DNA from: Bacteroidales bacterium
GTDB lineage: Bacteria > Bacteroidota > Bacteroidia > Bacteroidales > UBA10428
Direction of reading: 5' to 3'
Assembly: GCA_965230395.1 (NCBI GenBank)
Contig: CBDDKV010000002.1
Span: forward strand, 2,625,321-2,689,320
Length of the DNA stretch: 64,000 nucleotides
Below the pieces are notes generated by a model. The model saw only the letters and a program-made list of their open reading frames with translations, was not told the origin of the DNA and made no database searches. Below are positions 1 to 10,247 of the stretch, one piece after another (position 1 is the first letter of the stretch; every line of letters starts with the position of its first letter). The position numbers and the translations under genes were made by a program.

Positions 1-645
1 GATACGGGTAAAATAATGCTAAGGTTTGATGAGGATAATGTATATGAGAATGAACAACTAAGGTTTTTTGTGCCTAAAGGGGCACTTTACGCTAATAAAT
101 GGTTTGATTGTACGAATTCAACTTCTGGAAAAGGAGGGTTTGGTAAGATATTCTCTCTGGGCGATGAAAATATTCCGGTACATAAGTATCCGGAGCTTTC
201 TGTAAAATATAATGGTGAGCTCAAAGGTGTAATGCCTGATAAACTTCTTATTGTTAAATTGGGATATAATGGAAAAAAGACCAGTGAAGGTGGAAGGTTG
301 AAGAACGGTTGGGTTACCGCAAAGGTTTCAGGCTTTGGGAAATATACTATAAGAGCAGATACAGTTCCCCCGGTTATTGCCCCTATATCCTTCAGGGAGG
401 GATGGTATTCGGTAGGTGACGAATTAGTGTTCAAAATAACCGATAATTTATCCGGAATAAAAACATACAATGGATATGTCAATGATAAATGGGTCCTGTT
501 CGAATATGACGCTAAATCAAACAAATTAAGTTTTCGGATCGACAAAGAGGTACTTAAGCCATCAAAAAAACCGCATGTGCTAAAACTCTATGTTATGGAT
601 GAGCGAAATAACCTTCAGTCTTTTACAGGAACGTTTTTTTATTAA
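1..645 (+). CDS. hypothetical protein, C-terminal part (5' end lies outside the window)
   Basis: Frame 1 is open from nt 1, so the listed ORF 16..645 is only its first internal Met; stop at 643-645. It is beta-rich, with no motif I can assign. A resemblance to C-terminal regions of Bacteroidota M23-type peptidases is only an impression. Confidence 0.5.
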   Translation, partial: DTGKIMLRFDEDNVYENEQLRFFVPKGALYANKWFDCTNSTSGKGGFGKIFSLGDENIPVHKYPELSVKYNGELKGVMPDKLLIVKLGYNGKKTSEGGRLKNGWVTAKVSGFGKYTIRADTVPPVIAPISFREGWYSVGDELVFKITDNLSGIKTYNGYVNDKWVLFEYDAKSNKLSFRIDKEVLKPSKKPHVLKLYVMDERNNLQSFTGTFFY

Positions 646-733
646 TAACTGAAAATATGGGGAGGTGTGATTAGAGGGGCAGAGCGAATCGGAATTAAAA
701 AAAATAATTAGTGAATAACTTATTCAATCCAAG

Positions 734-1789
734 ATGGAGACTTACATAGCACTAGGTTTAATGTCAGGAACAAGTCTCGACGGACTGGATCTTGCATTGT
801 GCCGGTTTACTTTAGAGAGAGGAAAATGGTCTTTCGAGTTAACGGACTCTTCTTTTGTGTTGTATGACGAAAAACAAAAGGAAATGCTCCTTAATGTCTA
901 CAGCGGAACAGCATTAGATTTAGTAAAAGCCGATGTTCTTTTTGGACGGTTTCTTGGGGAGCAGGCAGCTATGTTTTTAAAGAAACACAAAGGGGATGTT
1001 GATCTAATAGCCTCACACGGACAAACGATTTTTCATTGCCCGGAAGATGGTTATACATGTCAGATAGGTTCGGGGGCAGAAATAGCATCTATTACGGGGT
1101 TGCCTACAATCAGTGATTTCCGTGTTATGGATGTGGCCAGAGGCGGACAGGGGGCTCCATTGGTGCCACTTGGAGATGAGTTGCTTTTTGGCGATTATGA
1201 TGCTTGCGTAAATTTGGGAGGGTTTGCGAACATTTCATATAATAAGGAAGGTAAAAGGGTAGCTTTTGATATTTGTCCCGTAAATATGGTTTTAAATCAT
1301 TTGGCGTATTCCATTGGGGAAGAATTCGACAAAGACGGTAAAGTTGCCAAACTCGGAAGTTCAAATGAACTTTTGTTGAGATCCCTGGAAGAATTACCGT
1401 ACTACAGACAAAAATGGCCTAAGTCACTAGGGAAGGAATGGGTAGATAAGAATATTTACCCTTTGTTGAACGATGATGTACCAACAAAAGATTTGTTGCA
1501 CACATTTACAAAACATATTGTACTACGTTTAAGTGAAGAGATTGATAAACTGGATGGAGAAAAGGTTCTTTTAACCGGAGGTGGAGCTAAAAACAGTTAC
1601 TTGGTGGAACAATTGGTGAAAAGCACAGAGAAAGATATTCTTGTTCCTTCTCTTGATATCGTGGATATGAAGGAGGCGATTGTATTTGCTTTTTTAGGTG
1701 TTTTGAGATACCGGAATGAAATAAATAGCCTCGCTTCAGTTACCGGAGCTTTTTCCAACTCAATAGGCGGGGTGATCCATTTACCATAA
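734..1789 (+). CDS. anmK: anhydro-N-acetylmuramic acid kinase
   Basis: The N-terminal 'GLMSGTSLDGLDLA' signature, the ~350 aa length, and the 'GGGAKNSYL' ATPase motif near the C-terminus are typical of AnmK. Confidence 0.9.
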   Translation: METYIALGLMSGTSLDGLDLALCRFTLERGKWSFELTDSSFVLYDEKQKEMLLNVYSGTALDLVKADVLFGRFLGEQAAMFLKKHKGDVDLIASHGQTIFHCPEDGYTCQIGSGAEIASITGLPTISDFRVMDVARGGQGAPLVPLGDELLFGDYDACVNLGGFANISYNKEGKRVAFDICPVNMVLNHLAYSIGEEFDKDGKVAKLGSSNELLLRSLEELPYYRQKWPKSLGKEWVDKNIYPLLNDDVPTKDLLHTFTKHIVLRLSEEIDKLDGEKVLLTGGGAKNSYLVEQLVKSTEKDILVPSLDIVDMKEAIVFAFLGVLRYRNEINSLASVTGAFSNSIGGVIHLP

Positions 1790-2242
1790 GTAACCTCCTG
1801 TTAACGTAAAAATAAAAAGGGGACCATGTGAAATTGAATAAATTTTCAAGAGAATTTTAGTGAAAAAATAACGTGGTCGTTGTTTCTGGTGTAAATGTTT
1901 TTTAAGGATTTTTTTGTTTAAGTGGCTGTTTGTGAGGTTGTTGTAAAAATACAAGGCGGAAAAACCGCCTTGCACCCTAACTAATTGAAAAAACAATCTA
2001 ATTACTAACTAAATCTCTTATTACTAAAATGAAAAAATCAATTTGATAAAAAATAAACAACTGTTATCGTTTTTTTACATATAAGTCGAACAATTGCCTA
2101 TTATTCTTTGCTTTTATTTATGTTACAAAAATAATACTTTTTGACTTTTTGATGATAATAATATTTGAGGTTTTATATAATATTACTTGTTTTGTTGGTA
2201 ATATGACAGATTTGATTGATTAACGTATAAATTTTACAATTA

Positions 2243-3949
2243 ATGAGTTTTACTATGAAAAGAATATTAATTTTCGGAATTGTACTATTGTATTCCCGGT
2301 TGGTTGCATATTCCTGTACAAATTTTCTGATAACAAAGGGAGCTTCAGTAGATGGCTCAACAATGATAACTTATGCCGCAGACAGCCATGTCTTATATGG
2401 TGAGCTATATTTCTGGAAAGAAGCCGGTTATAACGAGGGGGAGATGTTAAAGATTTATGAGTGGGATACAGGAAAACTTTTAGGAGAGATTAAACAGGCA
2501 ACTTCGACTTACCGAGTTGTCGGGAATATGAACGAACATCAGTTGGCCATTGGGGAGACAACTTATGGAGGCAGGCCCGAACTTGTGGATTCAACAGGAA
2601 TAATGGATTATGGAAGTCTGATATATGTTGCATTACAAAGGTCGAAAAATGCAAGGGAGGCTATAAAAGTTATGACAAACCTTGTTAAAGAATACGGTTA
2701 TTATAGCAGTGGCGAATCCTTTTCGATAGCAGACCCTAATGAAGTGTGGATTATGGAGATGATAGGAAAGGGAGCCGGAAATAAAGGAGCTGTTTGGGTG
2801 GCCTTAAAAATTCCAGACGGTTATATCTCGGGGCATGCGAATCAGGCAAGGATTACGACCTTCCCAAAATCAAATAAAAAAACATCCATTTCATCAAAAT
2901 ATATAAATAATGATAAATACTTGTACCGAGACGATTTAGAATGTATTTATGCTGAGGATGTTATTGATTTTGCCGTTGAAAAAGAGTATTTTAATGGCGA
3001 TAAGGAAGAATTTAGTTTCTCAGATACCTATGCACCTTTGGATTTTGGAGGGGCGCGTTTTTGCGAAGCAAGAGTATATGCTGGTTTTAATAAAGTAACC
3101 GAAGGGTTAGAGAAGTACGAAAAATATGCAATGGGATATGATTTAGAAAACAGGATGCCGTTATGGATAAAACCAGATAAAAAACTTACCGTTCATGATG
3201 TAATGGGGATGATGAGGGATTATTATCAGGGAACCCCTATGGATATGACAGAAGATATAGGTGCTGGTCCCAGCGGGTGTATTGTGAGATGGCGTCCTTT
3301 GACCTGGAAGGTAGAAGGGAAAACTTATTTTAATGAAAGGGCCATTTCAACACAGCAGACCGGATTTTCGTTTGTAAGCCAGAGTAGAAGCTGGTTGCCC
3401 GATCCTGTCGGGGGGATTCTTTGGTTTGGGGTAGATGATACCTATAGTACCGTTTATACTCCAATATACTGTGGTGTAACAGAAGTCCCTCATGTATTTG
3501 AAGTAGGGAACGGAACACTAATGGACTACAGTGAAACCTCAGCTTTTTGGATGTTTAATCAAGTGTCAAATTATGCTTATACGCGTTATGATATGATGAT
3601 ACCTTTTGTTCAGGAAAAACAAAACAAGCTTGAAGGCGGGTATTTTGAAGAGGTAAAATCTGTTGATGCAAAAGCAAAAGAGATTAAAGATAAAGATGAA
3701 CAGCAGGCATTTGTTACCGAATTTTCTTTGAAAGCAGCACAGAATACTTTTGATGAATGGAAAAAGCTTTATCATTTTCTGTTTACGAGATTTTTAGATG
3801 GAAATGTGAAAAGTAAGGTAGAAGTACCGGAAAACTACAAGTACGTAAACCCTAAAGTTGAATATCCCGGGTATGGTGAAGGCTGGTATAAAAAAATCAT
3901 AGAGGAAACGGATGATAAATTTTTGTATCAGGGTGAAACCGGACATTAA
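2243..3949 (+). CDS. C69-family dipeptidase (secreted)
   Basis: A signal peptide is followed by the nucleophile motif 'CTNFLITKGASVDGSTMITYAADSH', typical of peptidase family C69. Length 568 aa. The true start may be the internal Met at 2255 (MKRILIFGIV...). Confidence 0.85.
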   Translation: MSFTMKRILIFGIVLLYSRLVAYSCTNFLITKGASVDGSTMITYAADSHVLYGELYFWKEAGYNEGEMLKIYEWDTGKLLGEIKQATSTYRVVGNMNEHQLAIGETTYGGRPELVDSTGIMDYGSLIYVALQRSKNAREAIKVMTNLVKEYGYYSSGESFSIADPNEVWIMEMIGKGAGNKGAVWVALKIPDGYISGHANQARITTFPKSNKKTSISSKYINNDKYLYRDDLECIYAEDVIDFAVEKEYFNGDKEEFSFSDTYAPLDFGGARFCEARVYAGFNKVTEGLEKYEKYAMGYDLENRMPLWIKPDKKLTVHDVMGMMRDYYQGTPMDMTEDIGAGPSGCIVRWRPLTWKVEGKTYFNERAISTQQTGFSFVSQSRSWLPDPVGGILWFGVDDTYSTVYTPIYCGVTEVPHVFEVGNGTLMDYSETSAFWMFNQVSNYAYTRYDMMIPFVQEKQNKLEGGYFEEVKSVDAKAKEIKDKDEQQAFVTEFSLKAAQNTFDEWKKLYHFLFTRFLDGNVKSKVEVPENYKYVNPKVEYPGYGEGWYKKIIEETDDKFLYQGETGH

Positions 3950-4108
3950 CAACCTCGGTTTTTGCAGTTTTAGTCCTTCTTTTACGCAGGGTAAATCAAA
4001 AAAATGTTCTTTGTGAAAAATAAGTTGGTTTTATTTGTTGTAATTAGAAAATAATTAGTAATATTGCGACCTGAAAAATTTCAGGGTTGAATAAAAATAT
4101 TAACTAGG

Positions 4109-4456
4109 ATGGATTTACTTAAAGTTGCTGAAAGTCAATTTGCTGCTGAGAAACAGTTTCCAGAGTTTTCAGCTGGCGATACTATAACAGTTCACTATAG
4201 AATTACAGAGGGAAATAAAGAACGTATACAGCAATATAGAGGTGTTGTTATACAGCGCCGTGGTTCTGGAATAAAAGAGACCTTTACTGTTCGTAAAATG
4301 TCAGGTAATATTGGTGTTGAAAGAATATTTCCGGTAGCTTCTCCTTTTATTGATAAAATTGACGTTAATAAATACGGTCAGGTAAGAAGGGCCAGAATTT
4401 ATTACTTTAGAGAGTTAACGGGTAAAAAGGCTCGTATTCAGGAAAGAAGATTCTAA
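4109..4456 (+). CDS. rplS: 50S ribosomal protein L19
   Basis: 115 aa. '[44 protein letters not shown]...[11 protein letters not shown]' is the conserved L19 core. Confidence 0.95.
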   Translation: MDLLKVAESQFAAEKQFPEFSAGDTITVHYRITEGNKERIQQYRGVVIQRRGSGIKETFTVRKMSGNIGVERIFPVASPFIDKIDVNKYGQVRRARIYYFRELTGKKARIQERRF

Positions 4457-4481
4457 TAAGTTTTATTCTTATTATAAAAAA

Positions 4482-4506
4482 GGCCGACTACATGTCGGCC
4501 TTTTTG
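4482..4506 (+). terminator. Rho-independent terminator after rplS
   Basis: Stem ggccgac (4482-4488) / gtcggcc (4494-4500), 5-nt loop, then a T-run at 4501-4505. Confidence 0.8.
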
Positions 4507-4683
4507 TGTTTCCATTAACGGGCTATTTTGTTATGCCTGCTTTTTTATAAATGCTATAAGAAAAGTGAGAAAGTGTTGGGGAAATGATGCTACTTTATGA
4601 TGAAATCGAGCATCTGGGACAAAATATTTATTGATGTGTTTCTATTATATTTAGGAAAGGAATGGTTTTTTGTGCAAACCATA

Positions 4684-4718
4684 AAAAAAGAGGTAATATA
4701 AAATACCACCTCTTTTTT
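4684..4718 (-). terminator. probable terminator hairpin downstream of the AsmA-family gene
   Basis: Arms aaaaaagaggt (4684-4694) / acctctttttt (4708-4718). The A-run/T-run flanks could work in either direction. It lies 19 nt beyond the minus-strand stop codon at 4737-4739. Confidence 0.5.
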
Positions 4719-4736
4719 AATATGTTTCAGCGAATA

Positions 4737-7529
4737 TTATTTTAGTAACTGATCCGATTTTTTTCTCGCCGAGTCAAGAATTTTTTGGGCTTGTTCATCA
4801 GATTCTTTTTCAATTCTCCGAGCCTTTTTCTCACCTTCTTCCCGGACTTCTTTGGCCCCTACTTCAGCGGCTTTCTTCAGTAATGGGTTTTTAGCCTCCT
4901 TGACCATTTTATTGGCATTTGCATTGGCTTCTGAGCGTACTTTATCTGCGGCAACTTTTCCTTGAGCTCGAATTTTTGCTGCCTGTTTTTCTGCACTTGC
5001 CATTATTTTATCAGCTTCGGCACGGGCTTTGGCTTTGGCTTCTTCTTTCTTCGTATCAATAGTCTCTTGTGCTGTATTTTTAAACTCTTGTTTTATGGAT
5101 TCTGTCGTTTCCTTTAAACCGGCTACAGGCTTTATTTTAACCTTTGGCTTATTCATTTTGCCGGTTAAGTTTACTAACAAATTGACTGTTTCTGATGTCT
5201 TAATATCAAAGTCCTTGAGTGGATTTGCGGCATATAATTCATTTAATGACGAGTTTGAACTGCCAAACAGCGATTTTGGGGCACTTAAGTTGATTCCATA
5301 ATCCATGTTGTTTTCAAAATCCTGCTCACCGGAAATGGTTAAGTCTGTACTTCCCATTTTTGTATCAAATGGATTTACAAGTAGTTTTCCGCCAAGAACT
5401 TCAAAGTCGATGTTTATGTTCTTTAGTATCATCTTCTTAAACTCATCAAGGTTAAGTTGTTTGCCGATAGCGCTAAATGAATTAGAACCGTTTACCCCAA
5501 CCTTATTGGACGAAAGGTTTCCTGCCCCAACAATAGATTTTAAAACTGGTTTCATTTGTTTGGTCAGAAAACTACTGTAATCCATACCAAGGGAAACCCT
5601 GCCTGTTGTTTTGGAAACAATAGGGGCTATTTTTTCAAGAACACCAAAACTGGCAACAGCCATTGGTATGTCAATTTCGTTGGCCTGGAATTTAAAATCA
5701 ACTAAAGGGTTGTTGATATCCTTGGTGTTATATTCACCATTAACAGTAAGGGCCCCGGCAAGGGCATTCATGTTTAACTTTTCTAATACAACGCGACTGT
5801 CTTTTATGTATATCATGCCAATAACATTTTTCATTTCCAGTTTGTCGTAGTAGAGGTTGGTAATATTGGAATTAAGTGCAAAATCAATATTAGCAGGAAC
5901 TTCAATAACCTGAATTGATGCTGTATCCTCAGTGCTTTCCTCTGTTTCTTCCGGAGATGATGGTATAAGTTCGTTCAAATCAATGGTTCCGGCAGTGAAA
6001 TTGAGTTCACCATGTATGGTTTTATCCTTAAATATGAAAGGAAGAAAGTCTGATACTTTTCCGTTTAAAGCAAAATCGCTCTTTCCCATAGTTGATTTAA
6101 AGTTGTTGATATGAAGGTATTGGGGGGAATATGCAATGTCTGCCTGTTGTATGCTAAAAGGTTTAGGCATATCAGGGGAGCTAAAAAAGAAATCTGCAAT
6201 TTTAAGAGTTCCTTCAGCCTTAAATTCTTCATATTTTTCATCTTCTATTAGCGATAAATTCCCCATCATATCCAGGTTGGAGTTGATTTTTCCTCTTATC
6301 TTGGTGTCTTCCAATGGGATGATGTCTGAAAATGTGGCAAGGTCGATATTTGCCAGAAGCTGGCTGTTGACAAAAGGATCGCTGATAGGAGTCTTTAGGT
6401 TAAGTGTTAAATCTATTGGGTTGCCCCCGAATTCTACATGAAACTTATTAATGTCGACAGTAGTGTTGTCCATTTGTTTTCCATCGTAATGGTAGGCAAT
6501 ATTGATATTTATGTTGTCAGCACTTTTAGGGAGATCCGGGTAACTGAATTTGGCTTTGGACACAATAAGTTTTCCGTCCACATTTGGCAACTCCTTTTCT
6601 CCTATTTTCCCTTTTATTTTTCCATCCAGGCTAATGTTGCCACCGGCTTTTAGATCCTGAAAGTCACGCATGTAAATTGCCGGTACAAGAGAAAGGAGCG
6701 ATTTGAACTCAGCATTGTTTGTTTTGTAGTTCAGGTTGATATCCATGTCTGCTGAGTCAGGCATGGAAAAGTTTCCATCTAAATTCAGAATAAAATCGTT
6801 TAAGGCAAAACTGTTTTCTAGCAGGTTGAAATTCATGTTCTTTAAGTCAGCATCAAGGTTAATCCGAATATTCAGGTTTACATCTTTCATGTATTTAATT
6901 CCTGATAAAACAAAGTTTAACTTGTCCGTATTTGAATTTATCAAGAGCTTGGAGAAATCCTGAGACAAATCACCACTTAAATCAAAATTGAAATTTTCCA
7001 ATGATGCTTTCATTCCGGCTTTGTTGTCTGTAAAGAATATATTTGCGCCCGAAATTTTAAATACTTTTAACGCAATATTGGCATCAAAACCAGAACCGGC
7101 AGTGTCTGTTTCTTCCTCCTCTGTTTTCTCTTTTTCTTTAGCAATGTCCCAATTGGCTTTCCCATCTTCTAAAACCATGGCATTTATAAGGGGTTCTGAT
7201 ACGATAATTCTTTTAACGTTAATGTTTTCCATTTTTATGGCGCTAATAACATCAACTGCTATGTCAATAGATTTGACATATATTAGCGTGTCGTTACTAA
7301 ATTCTTCAAGACCAACAACAGATAATTCTTTTATTCCTGCATTCAGGTAAGGGAAGTTCTTGAAAAAAGACAAATTAATGTCTTCAAAGTTGGCTTTGGC
7401 ATTAACATTATTGTTTATTTGTTCTTTAGCAATGGTCATTATTTTACCCTTAAACAATAATGGGGCTGTAAACAAGACTATAAGAACAAAAACTATAAAG
7501 AAAAAAATAAATTTGAGCAGCTTTTTCAT
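4737..7529 (-). CDS. AsmA-family outer-membrane biogenesis protein
   Basis: 930 aa. It has one N-terminal TM helix, a long repetitive beta-rich body ('NFEDINLSFFKNFPYLNAGIKELSVVG' N-terminal AsmA-like motif), and a Lys/Ala/Glu-rich C-terminal tail. This architecture is typical of Bacteroidota AsmA-like proteins. Confidence 0.8.
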   Translation of the reverse strand: MKKLLKFIFFFIVFVLIVLFTAPLLFKGKIMTIAKEQINNNVNAKANFEDINLSFFKNFPYLNAGIKELSVVGLEEFSNDTLIYVKSIDIAVDVISAIKMENINVKRIIVSEPLINAMVLEDGKANWDIAKEKEKTEEEETDTAGSGFDANIALKVFKISGANIFFTDNKAGMKASLENFNFDLSGDLSQDFSKLLINSNTDKLNFVLSGIKYMKDVNLNIRINLDADLKNMNFNLLENSFALNDFILNLDGNFSMPDSADMDINLNYKTNNAEFKSLLSLVPAIYMRDFQDLKAGGNISLDGKIKGKIGEKELPNVDGKLIVSKAKFSYPDLPKSADNININIAYHYDGKQMDNTTVDINKFHVEFGGNPIDLTLNLKTPISDPFVNSQLLANIDLATFSDIIPLEDTKIRGKINSNLDMMGNLSLIEDEKYEEFKAEGTLKIADFFFSSPDMPKPFSIQQADIAYSPQYLHINNFKSTMGKSDFALNGKVSDFLPFIFKDKTIHGELNFTAGTIDLNELIPSSPEETEESTEDTASIQVIEVPANIDFALNSNITNLYYDKLEMKNVIGMIYIKDSRVVLEKLNMNALAGALTVNGEYNTKDINNPLVDFKFQANEIDIPMAVASFGVLEKIAPIVSKTTGRVSLGMDYSSFLTKQMKPVLKSIVGAGNLSSNKVGVNGSNSFSAIGKQLNLDEFKKMILKNINIDFEVLGGKLLVNPFDTKMGSTDLTISGEQDFENNMDYGINLSAPKSLFGSSNSSLNELYAANPLKDFDIKTSETVNLLVNLTGKMNKPKVKIKPVAGLKETTESIKQEFKNTAQETIDTKKEEAKAKARAEADKIMASAEKQAAKIRAQGKVAADKVRSEANANANKMVKEAKNPLLKKAAEVGAKEVREEGEKKARRIEKESDEQAQKILDSARKKSDQLLK

Positions 7530-8042
7530 ATGTATAAAGTTTAGTTTATTTGCTTCAGTAACTTAGCTGAGCTACCACATTAATTCAGTACTGGTTTTAA
7601 GCGTACAATTAAAATATAAAAGATTTATTTTATAAATAATTCGTATGTATTTTCTTCGTCTGAGAATATATTTTTTTGTGATTGGAGAATACGGTCCCAT
7701 TCACTTTTTGTCCAAACAAATTGATTTTTTCAACACTTAGCAAAAGAACCTGGTGGTTGTATACTCTTATAGGGTCAGATGGGTATGTCTGTTCCATGAA
7801 GTAAAGGGTATTATGTTAAAAAAATAATGCCGGATTTACGACGTTAAAATTTCTTTCTAAAAATACCAATTCAATTTACAAAGCCGTTCTTTAAAAAGAA
7901 AAAAATGGGGGAGTTTTTTTCTTTTGGGATAAATGGCCTCTGTATTATCAAAGTAACAACTATGATGTAAAGAAATGAAGGATAATTTGAGGGGGTTTAT
8001 ACAAAACTGCAAAACATTTTAAATTTAACTACGTAAATATTG

Positions 8043-9662
8043 ATGAAAAATACACTTGATTATATTATGTTGAAAAGTTCATCATCTTTTGTTAAGCCAT
8101 TTCCTGAATTGGAAGGGCAGGGTGCATTGTTTCAGTCTTTACTAGATATTTCAGATGAAGCTATCTTCATTTTAAATAAATCCGATTTTACTATAATTGA
8201 TTGTAACCTGGCTGCAATAAAGCTTTTTGAAGCAGAGTCAAAGTCCCAGTTGACAAATATACAATCGTTTAGGTTATATAATTTTGAGCCATTTGAGTTT
8301 AGTGTAAATAAGCTAAATGACGATTTAGATAAGCAGGGGCAGTATTCTCAGGAAATGTCTTTCAGAACATGTAAACAGAATGTTTTTTGGGGGAAAATGG
8401 TTCAAAAGAACATCGACTTTCCGAATGTTGATTTTACTTTATTGAAAATTACTAAATCAGCAAACTATCTGAAAGACGAAGAATGGCTGTCGGAAATTCT
8501 CAAATCAACATCCAGGACAATTGGACGCCAATACTTTAAACAGGTTACCAAATTACTGTGCGAAACTTTTGATGCGAATTGTGCTTTTATTGCAAGAACT
8601 GTTGCCGGGGATGAAAATCGTTTAAAAATATTCTATTGTCACGGAGAGCCCCTACAGAACAATTTTATTGAAGTGAAAAATTCTTTTGTGGAGAATATTA
8701 TGAGAGGATATACCTCATTTTATCCCAATGGACTGGGAGAGCTATTTCCTCATGATAAAATCCTGAAAAAGATATCAGCAAAGAGTTTTATCGGTTCGCC
8801 TTTATTTGATGCTAGTGGCCAACCATTTGGACTTATTGGGGTATTGAGTGCAAAAGGTATGGAGGAAATTCCTAATTCAAGGTACATGCTTCATATTATA
8901 AGTTCACGAACAGCAGGGGAAATTCAGCGAATCAGGTCGAAAGAATTACTTAGACAGCAGACGAAGGAACTAGCGGAAATAAACCATATGAAAGACCGGC
9001 TTTTATCTGTTATTTCAAATGACTTGCAGGCTCCCTTGAAGACAATTCTTGGTTACTCCGAGATGTTGTCAAACAGAATAAACTCTTATAAACCCAAAGA
9101 GTTGTCGGGCAAAATAAAAGCAATGGATAGCTCGTTGCGCCACTTGTATATGTTAATGGAGAATTTGTCAGATTGGGCAAAATTACAACAGGGGGTATTA
9201 CGCCCTTCTTTAAAGAGAAATAATATCGCCAATATACTTGACGAAATAAAACCATACATTCACTTTATAGGTAGGCTAAAAGATATTGGTGTAATAAATA
9301 AAGTTCCTTCTGATTTTAATGTATGGGCAGATAGTTATTTGTCCAGACATGCCATTAAGAACCTTACTTCCTATGTGTTAAAGAATACAATGAAAGAAGG
9401 AACGGTTGTCATTGAAACACGGAGTGAAGGAGACGCAATGGAACTTTGCTTAAAAACAACCCAACATTCGATAGATAAGAGGGAAATAGAGCTGGTACTT
9501 AATTCTTCACCATACGAAATATCCCTGTCGGCAGATGAGTTATCTATTTCCGCAGTAGGACTTTATATATCCAAAGAATTTATGGGGCTTCAGCAGGGAA
9601 AATTAATAGCCACTTGTCAGGAAAAAGAAGTAGAGTTTGTTCTTACGTTTAATAGGGAGTAA
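8043..9662 (+). CDS. PAS/GAF-domain sensor protein with degenerate histidine-kinase core (pseudo-kinase candidate)
   Basis: An N-terminal PAS-like region, a GAF-like region (...FIGSPLFDASGQPFGLIGVLS) and a DHp-like helix 'LLSVISNDLQAPLKTILGYSEML' with Asn where the phospho-His should be. The C-terminal ATPase-like fold lacks clear N/G1/G2 boxes. The ORF track starts at TTG 8040; ATG at 8043 is more likely. Confidence 0.75.
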   Translation: MKNTLDYIMLKSSSSFVKPFPELEGQGALFQSLLDISDEAIFILNKSDFTIIDCNLAAIKLFEAESKSQLTNIQSFRLYNFEPFEFSVNKLNDDLDKQGQYSQEMSFRTCKQNVFWGKMVQKNIDFPNVDFTLLKITKSANYLKDEEWLSEILKSTSRTIGRQYFKQVTKLLCETFDANCAFIARTVAGDENRLKIFYCHGEPLQNNFIEVKNSFVENIMRGYTSFYPNGLGELFPHDKILKKISAKSFIGSPLFDASGQPFGLIGVLSAKGMEEIPNSRYMLHIISSRTAGEIQRIRSKELLRQQTKELAEINHMKDRLLSVISNDLQAPLKTILGYSEMLSNRINSYKPKELSGKIKAMDSSLRHLYMLMENLSDWAKLQQGVLRPSLKRNNIANILDEIKPYIHFIGRLKDIGVINKVPSDFNVWADSYLSRHAIKNLTSYVLKNTMKEGTVVIETRSEGDAMELCLKTTQHSIDKREIELVLNSSPYEISLSADELSISAVGLYISKEFMGLQQGKLIATCQEKEVEFVLTFNRE

Positions 9663-10247
9663 GCGGTAAGGATAGTTTAGCTGGTTTTTAATCAATAGTA
9701 TCCTGAAAGATATTCAGGAAGTAGGTGTCGGGTCTTTTCGCTACGATGAAGTTTTATAGAAGACCGTCTGCCTTTCCAGAGTGAATTCTAGGAGATAGTT
9801 TAAATTTTGTTAGATGTAATGTGTGAAAAATCTTCCAGGCAGTTTTTAAATAGACATTGGCACTGATGTCCTATTCCCGTTGTAATTTAAGACTATGAAA
9901 AGTTGACCGAAATCAATGGATAATAAATAATCGGCAATGGCATAATCTTTCCAGATAGCGTTTCCAAGAAAACATTGTTGTTTTAAAGTGGCGTATTAAA
10001 AAACGCAGGGAACAAGGCTTGTATAGTCAGGAAAAACGGAATCTAATGGTTGTAAATGAGTGTTTTCCTGACAAGCATAACGCAGTAGGCAGCGTTTTTT
10101 TATAGCATCTAATTGCAACCAGTTTTCAAACCCTTTAGTCGGGAAAGACGGGGCGTGTAAACATAATGGTAAAAAAAGGGGGCTACTTTTCTCTTTACAG
10201 TTAACTTTTATTATCTTAACTAAGGTACGTATAAAACCATAAAACAA

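Noticed and set aside
1953-1971. A hairpin aaggcgg-aaaaa-ccgcctt 165 nt after anmK, considered as a terminator.
   Set aside because: There is no T-run on the plus strand. The T-rich tail is on the minus strand, where no gene needs terminating, so function is unclear.
5029-7350. A chain of plus-strand ORFs of 60-120 aa (5029-5301, 5305-5580, 5611-5850, 5932-6114, 6136-6441, 6438-6653, 6736-6963, 6988-7350).
   Set aside because: All lie antisense inside the 930-aa AsmA-family gene. They have Ser/Phe/Leu-rich, low-complexity translations typical of the reverse frame of an AT-rich gene, with no motifs.
7630-7797. An unlisted 55-aa minus-strand ORF (MEQTYPSDPIRVYNHQVLLLSVEKINLFGQKVNGTVFSNHKKIYSQTKKIHTNYL) in the 500-bp gap between the AsmA-family gene and the pseudo-kinase gene.
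   Set aside because: It has no recognisable motif and no clear promoter or terminator, and its size is within random expectation for AT-rich DNA. It is not reported as a feature.
10026-10072. A 10-bp inverted repeat gtcaggaaaa / ttttcctgac with a ~27-nt loop upstream of the multi-PAS kinase.
   Set aside because: It is a single occurrence with a long loop and no associated T-run or known motif. I cannot distinguish a regulator site from chance.
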